From positions 1 to 64,000 of the forward strand of contig ADNK01000583.1 of NCBI GenBank assembly GCA_000320545.1: a stretch of 64,000 bases of DNA. The letters run 5' to 3'. The notes beneath the pieces are model-generated. The model had not been told where the DNA came from and did not search any database. It saw only the letters and a list, made by a program, of their open reading frames with translations. The DNA is from Bigelowiella natans CCMP2755. Lineage: Eukaryota; Protista; Cercozoa. Each line of letters opens with the position of its first letter. Within the stretch, counting starts at the first letter, position 1. Position numbers and translations under genes: made by a program. This document shows, piece by piece, positions 1-11,838 of the stretch.

Positions 1-11
1 TGTCTAAAATA

Positions 12-58
<47 letters not shown>

Positions 59-179
59 GTATATATAATGTTACATTATGATGTGAATGACGATGACTGG
101 TGGATTAGTATTGACGAGAAAATAGTAGGCTAAGAATCCTTATTAACATTATTATCATTATGAACAAGAGGAGGTGGAA

Positions 180-1192
180 GGATGGATGGTCATCTATCTC
201 CTCCCACTAACGTACGTACAATGGCCTTTCTTCTTCGTTAAAGTCCCGAAAGCAAAAAGCGAACTATCCATCTAAATTGGGAATAATAATTCAGTTTGCG
301 TGTTGATATTAGTTCTAATGACGGCAGAGGAGGAGGAGGAGGAGGGCTAATAAGTGGGAATTTTTACTTGAACCCCACCCCTACTCCTATTTCTATCGTT
401 TCAACAGTATAAGCAATACTAGCATATCATGGATTCTGAGGTTTAGAGTTACAACGAGGGATGAAGGATGCCACATACAACTACTATTAGGTAGATAACA
501 TGATAGTTGAAAAATGTACTACTTGATTTGATAGAAATTCAAGGCTGGAATGATCTTCGAATGGACGGAATTTATTCTTCTTATTAAGCATCTTCCCGTG
601 GGGCTTTTTCATCACGTACTAAACGAAAGTAGTTCCGCAAGATATTACTTATTTGATAATGATGGCGATGATGATGATAGACTAGTTATTGCTTTTTTAT
701 ATGGGAGATACCATCTCTTATACTAGGTACCACAACCATCACTACTACTACTACTACTTTTGAGTACCAACCAGATCTTTGAGGGCATTCACGACTACTT
801 GGCTTGTTTTCGGGCCCCTGTTTGCAGTCATCATTCTATGTGTTGTCTTATATCCTTGACACACACACACACACACACACTCGCACATATTGAGAGAGAG
901 AGATTTATAACCTTATGAACATTGATTTCTTCACATTTTCTACGGCCTTCGGTTCCCTGTCCTTCAAGGCTCTGCGAGTCGCTTGTCGCTTTGGCGTGCT
1001 GAGGAGGAGGAGGAGGCGAAGAGGAGGAGGAAGAGCATACATTCATTAATCTAATGAGTAGTAAGAACTCCTGGATTGTTGATTTAAACAAATTATAGCA
1101 TCTTCTTACATCCGTCCACTTAGTCCCATGATATTCTCCAAGTTGTATGATAGGATTGTTGGGCAGCAGTTTACTTATGCTTGTCCACACAC

Positions 1193-1235
<43 letters not shown>

Positions 1236-1380
1236 GAGGTAATGGGAAGTAGAATGGACAAGTTCTCTTCGGGTATTTGTGCGTGTTAATAACTCCGTTT
1301 ACCGAGTAATTATTATCTGGTAAATATTTTTTTAATAATAAAAACTCGGTTACCATAAATTAGAGCACGTTATGCAACAG
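180..1380. CDS. Partial multi-exon gene of unknown product (strand uncertain, probably minus)
   Basis: Minus-strand stop-free segments flanked by AG/GT: KLLPNNPIIQLGEYHGTKWTD|gtaaga, cag|EFLLLIRLMNV...EINVHK|gttata and ILRNYFRLVRDEKAHGKMLNKKNKFRPFEDHSSLEFLSNQ|gtag. No recognisable domain, and plus-strand readings are not excluded. Confidence 0.3.
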
Positions 1381-1439
1381 TAGCCATTGTTCCGGTGGTA
1401 CTGCTAGTAGTAAATAATATTTCCTCTGCATTATCACAG

Positions 1440-2470
1440 TTGCGACTAGATCTAGCACAAAAATGTAGGCAAAATGTAGATCTCGTAAAAGCAAGCTAAG
1501 GCCCGTTGCCCATGTCCTGGAAATGTCTTGTTGTTCACGGATGACAAAAAGACTACCCGAACAAAAAGATGCCTTCCTTTCGGATTGTGCGACAAATGAA
1601 AGTGTTTGGACTAGTTACACATTGGCAAGTGAAAGTCTGAAGCAACCCTGACACGAACCTGCACAAAAGTGAACAAGCTTGGAAAATTTACACGACCAAA
1701 TGGGAAGGTTTGGGGTTCGAACGTTTCTCAAAAGACGCGTCGAATTGAAGTTTCACGTGTGGACCTCACCGACGAGCCGTTTTTGCAGAACTGGCCGTGC
1801 AGAGGGTCAGCACAATGATTGCAATTGCTGGCAAAAGCGTTGCTAGGAAGTCTCAAACTCAAGCTTTCGAGCTGAGTGGGTCTCACCACGCTGCTTTGAT
1901 TGAGTCCCGATGATGATGGCTAGGTGCGACAACAAACTTTCACTTGCATGGCAATTGCTAGATTGGATCAATCCAACCAGAGCTTGCTTGAGGTCTTGCA
2001 CTTCTGGACTTGCCCACCCGATCACGTGACAGCAATGGCCAGCCACAAGCATGCGTGCATCATGACAACGAGTTGCATGGTGCCTGCTTGCTTGCATGAA
2101 GTTTGAATTTGCATTCTGCCTTTTTGCCTTCCTTCGATCGGCATTGTGCTTCCGTTGCCCAAAGTGTTGACACTGTGCGCTAGTCTGGCTAGTGCGCTCC
2201 AATGAGCTAGCAAGCGCAAGGAAGCGCGGAGCAGCTTGAGGAGAGATTCAGCGGTTCCACCATGCAGACCGACAACCTCTAAGCAGCTGCAACAATGCTA
2301 GAACTAGCGCAACATTTGCCATTGCATTTGAGGATCGGACATGCCATCCTAGCATCATTGCATCAGGGGCATAGCTAGGATCACCATCATGCTAGCAGTG
2401 TGCGTTACTGCGATGACACCTGTGTCATGGTCACTACATGCAATGACGGTTTGTTAGCTGCACGCGTGAC
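1440..2470. other. TpA-depleted intergenic island 1
   Basis: All six TpA counted in 1801-2220 lie in CTAG. Rich in TGCA/CATG, no microsatellites, and contains a Tyr-free 119-aa spurious ORF. Confidence 0.8.
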
Positions 2471-2504
2471 ATTACTCATCTATTGTTAGTACCTTGGAAA
2501 TTGT

Positions 2505-3103
2505 TTAGTGTTTGCGACTTGTGATGGCATTAAGAACGGCATCAACGCATTCTTCGGGGTTGAGTTTCGAGGTGCTGACCTCCAGGTCATACCAGCCACG
2601 TTCTCCTGAAGATCCGGAAAATGATGTGGGGTGAACTAATTGTGCCTGAACCTGTTCATTGCGGCGTTCCCAAGGTAGAAATTATGGTTTTTCCCTCAAT
2701 GGTAGTGTTGTATGTGTCCGTGTATGACCGCCATTTATCATCCCACAAATTAAGAAGCAGCTCACCATTTAGCAAGTTAGGAAAAGTAATTACGTATGTA
2801 TGTTTATTTCTGCATGCAGTATGATATCTTCATATTTTTAGGTTGTTCCATATCTTCGTCAAAAGCGTCGACGATCTATTGAATTGTCGTGTTCCTGCTT
2901 GTGTGCTTCTCGCAATAATCTATTCATGCCTTAGCTGATCCAATCCTTCGATCTCCACGAGCCCTCTCACGTTCCTCGTTAGAAGAAGAACACCGACAAT
3001 CAATTCGCAACAACAACAAATGTAAGTCGCTCTTAATGCCGTTACTCACCAGTTGTGGTGCAAGAATAAACTCTAATGACACAGTATCGGGGGAGAAAGA
3101 AAG

Positions 3104-3151
<48 letters not shown>

Positions 3152-5352
3152 CTTTTCGAAATATATATGAAGACGAATGATTTGTTAAATATTCCTCATT
3201 AGATTGTATTTTTAAGCGTTCCTGTTTATTCACTCGTCTTTCTAAAACTGCTATTACCATCATAGCCACTACATTTATTAAATAAGTAAGGCATTCCAGG
3301 TTATTTACTGCCATATGATTGCATTTATGTAGGAATACCTGAAGCACATCAAGATCGCATCGAATCCCGACAAATATGGTATGAAAAGGGCTAAGATGCT
3401 GCTTCCATTTCCTAGACGATGACGAATATTATTATTAGCTGCTCCTATGTGGTCTTCTTCTACAACTGATTGATTGATTGGTTGTTGTTGCTACGTGTAG
3501 AAGTTCTTTACGCAGTGTAATGAGTAATGTTGGAGCATACAGACCAACTGTTGAGTGATTATCTCCAATTGTTGTTGAATAATACAGACCAACTGTTGAG
3601 TGATTATCTCCAATTGTTGAATAACAAAACTCCATGATGGTAGTAATTATGATAATGATGATCATAAAGATTCAAGGAGAAAAACATAATATATGCTGTA
3701 AAGTGAAACGTTTGTTGTTATGTTCGTGCTATAATTACTCCTACTCCTACTCCTACTACTCGAGTTGCCAGCTTCCTTCGAAGCAGACATCATCCACAAT
3801 GACAAAGTTTCCAGCTCGTACTAATCCAACAGTGCTTTCGACTAGGCCTATGTTACGTATAAATAATTTTATTATTGATAATATTTCTACATATTTGATA
3901 GATTTTCAGCATACTATTTTGTGTTTAATGTTGCATTTGGGTACCCTGCCAGGCGGTCCTTGCTTTGATTCCGGCCCGCAATGTAACGCTTCTGATCTCA
4001 TTGCTGTTGTCATTCTTACTACCGCTGTTGTCGTCATTGCTGTTGCTGTCAACATAGAGACCTATTGTTGTTGTTGTTGTTGTTGTTGTTGAGTTGCTGT
4101 TTAATTGGTTTTGTAGTATTTATTGGGCAATTAACAATGCAGTTGATATATAGGTTGGGGTATTTCCAGCAAAACTTATTCCCTTTTATTCTAAAATAGG
4201 TCCCTTCGCCGATACATAGATACGCACACACACACACACACACACACTTTGTAAACTTGATAAGTCGAAATTTAATTTTCATCCGTGGTGCAAACCGCTC
4301 CTTCATACTATTGTTCTCACTATGGGTGTACAAGTCGATCGTCAGCGTTGCCCAAGTGGCGGTGGCGATATGTTACCACATGATGCTTTTGATGAAGCTA
4401 AATTTTCCCCTCCTCCTTGTGCCTCCCAGTAAAACCAATCGGTGTCTTGCTTGTTTATTGGGCTTCTATCATTCTCCAGAAAGCAGTGGTCTGGGTGTTT
4501 AGCGTATTTATTTGCGTTGTTGGTGCAGTTATTATGGGCATCAGAACATAGCTTTCGTCACCTCATTATCATAATCATCATCGCCATCATCATCAAGTGA
4601 AGTAGTTCTGCTATTTGTCTAGTAGAGCAGTAAACAAGTAGAAATAGTAACTTGTTGTTGTTACAGTGTTTCAGCTACTTCACAGGGTTTGATAATCTAC
4701 CTGGGAGCATTTCGCGAAGAAGAATATCAATTCCAGTCGCTAAATAGGTAACTGTGATCGAGTTAGTGTGTACCTTCATCAATGTGGGCACCTCCTCATT
4801 AATAAACAGACAGCTTTCACAACGAAACTCTTCATGAGAAAAAGTGAAGAACTTCAACGGGGGGAGGGAAAAGTTGAAATATGTGACAAAGATGGTAGAA
4901 TGTATTTGATAAATTGTGTAGACGCATTACATGTGTTACCTTCACTCCGCAACCTCCTTTGCAATCCCTATACAACAGTGGTGGCAGCAGGCACATGTTA
5001 TGTCTGAATCATCACCAATTTTCAACTAGTTCTTCACCTTTCGAAGCGTAGTTTTTCCTGAGCTCGATGGCCCATTAATATAGATTACTTGCGGCCAATC
5101 TACTGATCGACAGTGGCAGTGGAGGGACAACTGCGACCGCGAGTCCATACTCATACAACGATACCACCTTGAGTTTGATGAGGTCATTGAGATGATGCGG
5201 GGAAGGAGCTGTGTCATGGTAGAGCTCCGTCCCAGCCTTGTTGATACAAGTGATAGAGCTGTCAATGTTAAGAATAACACTGAGAAGATTACGAATAACC
5301 ATAACCACCGAATAAGATAACATCGTCGGCGATAGCGACGCCAAGCCGCCAT
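2505..5352 (-). CDS. Chloramphenicol phosphotransferase (CPT)-like P-loop kinase with N-terminal signal anchor, multi-exon
   Basis: Spliced exons give a TM segment (YLIRWLWLFVIFSVLFLTLTALSLV), VIYINGPSSSGKTTL, YLATGIDILLREMLP, LVRAGNFVIVDDVCF, TIFVGIRCDLDVLQERERARGDRRIGSAK and VQAQLVH...WYDLEVSTSKLNPEECVDAVL...KH*. All CPT-family motifs occur in order. Confidence 0.85.
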
Positions 5353-5467
5353 CGCCGCAGTCGCCGCTGTGCTGGGAGTTGTCGTAGGAAAGGATTCCCT
5401 TTCATTACTCTAAAAACATAGTACGAGTTATATGAATTTTGCAAAATTACATGAATTAATTTTGTTG

Positions 5468-5551
5468 GCCTGTTTGGGAGAGTGGTCTAATCCGTTGGTC
5501 TTAAGTACCAATGTACTTCGGTACGCGCAGGTTCAAACCCTGCAGCAGGCA
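5468..5551 (+). tRNA. tRNA-Leu(TAA), intronless, long variable arm
   Basis: Acceptor stem GCCTGTT/AGCAGGC-A, D loop with AGTGG, anticodon stem TTGGT/ACCAA with loop CT-TAA-GT, variable hairpin TGTAC-TTCG-GTACG, T arm GCAGG-TTCAAAC-CCTGC. A T-run (Pol III terminator) follows at about 5566. Confidence 0.95.
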
Positions 5552-5806
5552 CAGAAATGAACGTATTTTTCTCATTTTTGTCTCATCATCACCCGTCCCT
5601 TTTCCTACGACACAAGGAGTAGTAGTGTAGATCTACGAGTCTAATAATGATAGATCTAATGTCATCATCATCAATAATAATGTTGGTCAGTAGATCATAC
5701 ATGAACAACCTACCTTTTTTTTTTTTCGCCATACCTATAGAATACAAATAAATTTGCCTGTGTTTTATAGTATACGACTGCATTAGTGACACTAAATCTA
5801 CATAAA

Positions 5807-8485
5807 ATGACCGGGCTCCTCCTTGCCCTCCTGCTACTGGCACCATCGTCAGTGCGAACTGATGAAATTAGTCCGGGGGACGGTCAGAACAGCTTCGCAA
5901 AGGAGACAAACATACAAATGTATAAGGAGGAGATCAAACATGTTCGGTTTGGAGAAGTTCAAAAAGTAGGTTCATATTTAGTATATAAGAGGCGGCTAAA
6001 CAATTGAACGCTGCTTGGTTAGGAGCTTGTAGCTATGCTGGAGAAGCACACAAATGCTAGCAAAGTAAAGGGTAATCTTTCTGTATCATAATGGAGAAAC
6101 CTTTCTGTATCGTAAGGGAAAATAAAACCCACTCGTCGTCCATATCTTGACAGCTGGTGGAGACAATGAATCCCCATCAATTGGCTCGCTGGAGGCTGTA
6201 GAATTGGAAAGTTCGGAATCTTTGGAATCTTTACTCAAGTTCATAAGGAATGACCTAAAGTCGTACTTCGGAATTTTTTTAAGAGAGCGACAGTTCGTTG
6301 TTCTAAAACAAGTACTTTTATCACTATAATAGTTTACTCTTCTCTGTGTGTTCTGCTGCTACCATGAAATATTACTATCCCTCTTCAGCTCTACGCTAAC
6401 AAGAATTGCCGATTCTGAGCATGAGATCATGAGACAGCTGCTTCTCGCCAAGTTATCCTCATAGATAAATAGTCATAGTGGGTCACGGATAAGTGGTAGC
6501 ATGGTGACTCATTGTGAAGAGGAACTAGATGATGTGTGAAATGATGATTCACGACATTGTACGAGTAGTGGGGGGTATCAGGATGCAACGAGGACACTGC
6601 TGGCACAAAAACATCAGCGTCAAAATATATGAGTGGAGGGGAGGAAGGGAGGGAGTAAATTAGAGGACGAAGAGGACAGTAGTTGGTTCGTGGTCTACTA
6701 CTACTACTACCACTACTACTACTACTGCTACTAGCACATTATTATCCCATTGACTACTACTACCTACACCCAAGTAGTAGGTAGGTAGGTAGGTAGGTAG
6801 GTAGTAGTTATCCACGCAAGAATCATCATCTATGCTGTTATTATTAATAATCATTTTCTTTCATTATGGAGTAGGGGCGACGCTACAACAGTTCTAAATT
6901 CTGCGACCGATATTGTAGCAACTGCCAATGGAGATGGTAAAGACCAGGATGATTCTGCGACCGATATTGTAGCAACTGCCAATGGAGATGGTAAAGACCA
7001 GGATGATTCTGTTTCCTCGCTATCCTCTTCCTCTTCCTTCTCTCAAATAAATGCAAAGACGATGCATGAAACGCTAAGGTTGAGCCAACGGGTACGAGCA
7101 GATGCTTTAAGGTATAGATGTTGATGTGCAATAATGCTTTACGTTATCATCATCCTGTAAGCGATGGCCGATATATTCACGACGTGTGTGCCTTCATCAT
7201 ATTTATTCGAATTGATGATACTACTAGCATTCAAGAGCAGATTAACGACTTCCACAAATCAGCCTTGTGCAAAGATGATCATCAAGTAAAACATAACAAA
7301 TTATGCAATGAAGCAGAGAATTATATACATCTTCCCCTGGCACTTAGCGATGTTGTTTGTTGTGGCGTTTGGTGTTTCTTATAGTATTTATTTGTATTGG
7401 TCGTACGGGTACTATGATTCTATTAATCATCTGTTGGTTGGTAGGGGGTATATGAAGCCAGCAAGGGAAATGCAAAAACATGCCAGGTTTTTCACTCACC
7501 ATCATAATCGTAATCAGGCGATGATGATGGTGATAACCATTGTGATACTACTATCTGCATGTTGTAAATTCTACCTCCTTTATTTATTTTCAAAGTACAG
7601 ATCGATAGTGTTGTTCCACAATGTGGTTTTCAGAGATGATGATGATAGTAGTAGAGATAATCTAGTTTTATGATATCTCGATGTTGTGTCGTCAACGTTG
7701 TCATTCATCACTGGTATACGTAATATGATATCTCGATGTTGTGTCGTCAACGTTGTCATTCATCACTGGTATACGTAATATGATATCTCGATGTTGTGTC
7801 GTCAACGTTGTCATTCATCACTGGTATACGTAATATGATATCTCGATGTTGTGTTGTCAACGTTGTCATTCATCACTGGTATACGTAATTGTCTACTCTC
7901 TTTATTAGGAAGCTTTGAAGCTCTATCAACTGAACGAGGCCAACTGCGAAGATAATCTAGGGTAAGTAAGTACCAGTTGGTACACAGTAGTAGTAGTAGT
8001 AGTAGTAGTAGTAGGTAGTTATAGCTTTTACTAGTACTTCTACCTAGATATGGAGTATGTTGAAGGAAGCTGTGCAGGGAAATAGTAGTTTGTGTGTGAG
8101 TAGTGACACACCCATCTATATTGCAACATTCTATTACAACGATATGTGATGACACATCATCTATATTGCAACATTCTATTACAACGATATGTGATGACAC
8201 ATCATCTATATTGCAACTTTCTATTACAACGATATGTGATGACACATCATCTATATTGCAACATTCTATTACAACGATATGTGATGACACATCATCTATA
8301 TTGCAACATTCTATTACAACGATATGTGATGACACATCATCTATAATGCAACATTCTATTACAACGATATATATGTGATGACACATCATCTATAATGCAA
8401 CATTCTATTACAACGATATATATATGATGACACACCATCTATATTGCAACATTCTGATACGATATGATACGAGATCCTCTACTAT

Positions 8486-8559
<74 letters not shown>

Positions 8560-8990
8560 TAGATTCTCGAAATAAATATGACAGCCGCGCAACTACATAC
8601 AACCACTCATATGCATACATACATTATGTACGTACTAACATATTCAACTAATGCTGCTTTACCTATGATTCTTTAGTAGCATGAGTATTGTTGTATTTGA
8701 TGACTAACTCCGCCATCACACCACCTCCTTCACCGACTTCGATCATAATGAATAACAAATAATAATGATAATTAGAACATAAGAGGGATGATTAGTGCTA
8801 TAAATAATACTGATAATTAGAACATAAGAGGGATGATTAGTGCTATTATTACTACTTAGCTTGTGTTGTGTTGTCATCACTAGATTCGGTCCTCTATCAG
8901 TACTCTGCCCACAAACATGTGAAATATGCACAGATCCCTTATCACTACTCCAGAGAATAAGTAAGTTGTAAAGTACGTACGCACTACCAC

Positions 8991-9026
<36 letters not shown>

Positions 9027-9071
9027 TGTAGTATATACAATATGATATGTCATTTGTTGTTGTTGTTGTTG

Positions 9072-9102
<31 letters not shown>

Positions 9103-9551
9103 TGGTGATGTGCGATGACGTGCGATTGTAGTCGGGAGTACTTGAACGACTCAGTAATTGGCATAACGTCATGCCTTTGTCGTGGTCTTCTTCTTTCATA
9201 TTCTCTTCTTCGCTGCTTTTGCTTATCATACTCGCAACATCAATACGATTCCTCCTCCTCCTCCTCCTTTTACAGATAGTCTTAACTCGGAAGTATTGCA
9301 CGCGCACGCACTCCTCAATAGGGTTGCTGCTGCTGCTGCTGCTGCTGCTATCGATGACGATCTAGGCAGTTCTAACAATCAGGCTATTGGCAGTAGCAGT
9401 GGTAGTAGTACAACGTCAAGAAGCAGGTACGTGCGTATGTGTTTGTTTTAGATGTGATTTAGCCGGGTTTTCTTCTTATTTCTCTGTCTTTCCTCTTCCT
9501 CGTCCTTCTCCTCTTCCATTCCGTTCATCAATAGATTATTGCTCCCAACAA

Positions 9552-9586
<35 letters not shown>

Positions 9587-9779
9587 GCTATAATGAATAT
9601 GATGATGATGATAATGATGATAAAACGTAAAAATAACAACACCATCAATGACATTACACATCGTTGATTAGGCTGTTGTTTCGAAACCCAAAACAAGAGC
9701 TGAGGCGTTTTGCCATGGAGGTACACTACTACTACTACTATTACTACTACTATTACTACTACTATTGCTACTACTATTG

Positions 9780-9810
<31 letters not shown>

Positions 9811-10128
9811 TACTATTACTACCAAAACTACAAGTAACAAAAGACCCTCCTCGTCCTTCCTTTACCGGGACTTGGATTGTTCGTGATGGGTGGTGTCAGA
9901 TAAAACTACGGTATGAAAAGGGGACTCTATTGAAACCTATTTTCGACACTGTCGCTTCCATCAAAGGTATGGAACAACCATCCATAAGAACGAACTTACT
10001 GCTACCGATGATGATGCACCAATGTTGAACGAGTTGTTTGTTTGTGCGTCGCCGTCGTCGTCACCGGTTTGCCATTTCTCACAGACTTTATTGAGAAATT
10101 CTCAGGAAAGGATGCAAAGGAGTTGTAG
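5807..10128 (+). CDS. Secreted/ER protein with an ShKT-like six-cysteine module and C-terminal AKEL, about 13 exons
   Basis: Signal peptide MTGLLLALLLLAPSSVRT. Phase-compatible exons 7228-7285, 7445-7486, 7909-7961 and 8884-8960 give CKDDHQ...TCQEALK...NCEDNLG...LCPQTCEIC. A further phase-compatible chain ends DFIEKFSGKDAKEL* at 10128. The 3' exon choice is uncertain, with an alternative stop at 9145. Confidence 0.6.
6896..7010 (+). repeat. 54-bp in-frame tandem duplication within an exon (SATDIVATANGDGKDQDD x2)
   Basis: Two adjacent identical copies, and the reading frame is preserved. Confidence 0.85.
7670..7889. repeat. Intronic minisatellite, 55-bp unit x4
   Basis: Unit ATGATATCTCGATGTTGTGTCGTCAACGTTGTCATTCATCACTGGTATACGTAAT starts at 7670, 7725, 7780 and 7835. 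Confidence 0.95.
8103..8460. repeat. Intronic minisatellite, about 42-bp unit x about 8
   Basis: GTGATGACACATCATCTATATTGCAACATTCTATTACAACGATAT-like units repeat head to tail with no spacers. Confidence 0.95.
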
Positions 10129-10149
10129 GTATTTCTCAATACGAGTGAG

Positions 10150-11350
10150 TTGTCAAATGTACCAGCAAAATATCAGCAAGTGTTTGAGCAAGCGAAATTT
10201 TTGGTGCGGAAAGTGTCATCGTCTTTCTATTTGTGCACCACAATGCATCCAAGACAACGGAAAGTTCAAGTTGCCACGATGACAATGGTTCAAGTACGAA
10301 ATGCAAAATCGCATTCAAGCTGCAACTCAAGCAACAGCATTGAGTTATCCACAAAATTTGAAATCCGGTGACAGTGCGCATCCATGAGGGAAGTGTCGTT
10401 TTGCATTCAGTTATCCGAATGAAAGATCAGTAGCTCGTGCGTGTGATCAAGGGCTACTTGTTTTATTTTGGGGAGCACACATCATGTGCGCGAAGCATGA
10501 CCACAGTGCTAGAGCGCGCTAGCATTCATGCGATGCATGCTTGCACTGCGAGGCTGCACGCATGTGCACCATTTGAATTGTGCTGTGCTTGCGGTGGTGC
10601 AGCTGCATGTGATGCACATCCAGCACAAACCATGTAACACTCAGATCAACCAAGGGTGCAGCAGCATGCAACGCGACACCACACCAAGTGACGCTTGAAA
10701 ACTGCTCGAACGTGATGAGAAACAACGCTAGAACGCTCGAGCAAGTTTCAGGGCGCGCGTGTCGCGCATGCATTTCCTGCTCTGCATGCTTTTTTGCGTG
10801 TTTTTTTGTCATTTTTCCAACCCTCAGATTTGGAAAATTCTCACGCTGTTTTGAACACGATGGCTCGATCGCACGACATGCAAATCCACAATTGAGCATC
10901 GCGCACACTTTTGGCAAACCAATAATGCTGCGCACGGTTTGAGTTTCGGAGCAAAATAACGTTTTTAATTTGAGAGTGAACGTCACGTTGCAAAAAATTT
11001 CAAAATCGAGTTTTTGCACCTTTTGCGCGCGTCAACTTTCACCAGTTCAACACAACGCAAAAGGGTGTTTGAGTGTTTGAGCGCATTTGAAGCCAGCAGA
11101 AGCTCGTCAGAGTCCACCAGAGTGCGTTCGCAATGCATGGCAATGTTTTTTTGTGGTTTTCCAGGCTTTTTGAAAAAAAAATTCGTGGTGCGGCCGCCGG
11201 TCACAAGTTTCTGCTGGTTGTGTGTGTCAGAAGGTTACCGGCGCACAAGAAGCATCAATCTAGTAGTGGTGAGTTGCATCCGCCGTAGCCGCCTTGCAGT
11301 GCACGTACACACGTGCAAATTGGAGTTTGCTAGCTAAATCATGTAATCAG
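10150..11350. other. TpA-depleted intergenic island 2 (possible decayed transposon relic)
   Basis: Zero TpA in 10981-11220 and one (CTAG) in 10681-10920. Contains a Tyr-free 166-aa spurious ORF and lies between convergent 3' ends. Confidence 0.85.
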
Positions 11351-11484
11351 TGCTACATGTGTGTGACAATTGAAAAATATTTAATTAATTCATTACATCC
11401 GTCTCACATCTAACGAAGTATTTTTCTTGCAACCTCTCGTTTCTGTTGCATTGGCAATAACTTTTGTCTCTAGATTCACTATCA

Positions 11485-11780
11485 CTAATGCCATTCAGCG
11501 ATCATAACCTTGTATTCTGCATCCCCAGTGTTGGTGATGCTACCCTCAAAAGGGTCGCCATTCCACCAGTATGTTCCACGATATCTGGTAATGATACCCA
11601 AATTATTACTTTTGCTTAGCAGCTACTTATATGTGTGCGGATTAGATCTATCACCTTGTTATTTCTTTAGTACCTCCCGCACTATTCACCTTAAGCTTCC
11701 CTCCTTCAATAGAGTAGGAGTAATAACACCAAGCGTTACCGTTTTTCAAAAAAAGAGAAAGTGAAGCATGCCTCTCTCTC

Positions 11781-11838
<58 letters not shown>

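Noticed and set aside
1440-2470. Islands as ordinary CpG-methylation decay or classical RIP
   Set aside because: CpG remains common and TpA is depleted. RIP would raise TpA, and 5mC decay would remove CpG.
7308-7673. Hydrophobic ORF MKQRIIYIFPW... as a membrane protein
   Set aside because: It overlaps introns of the ShKT-like model, whose exon at 7445-7486 uses another frame with consistent phases.
7670-8460. 55-bp and 42-bp arrays as CRISPR arrays or as repeat proteins (ORFs 7811-8389, 8103-8378)
   Set aside because: The units are contiguous with no unique spacers, there are no cas genes, and both arrays lie inside inferred introns of a eukaryotic gene.
10519-11337. Long ORFs inside islands (also 1843-2202, 27450-27890, 48696-49325, 53997-54779) as genes
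   Set aside because: They are open on several frames and both strands, poor in Tyr and rich in Cys/His, which loss of TAA/TAG stops explains. No splice structure or family motifs were found.
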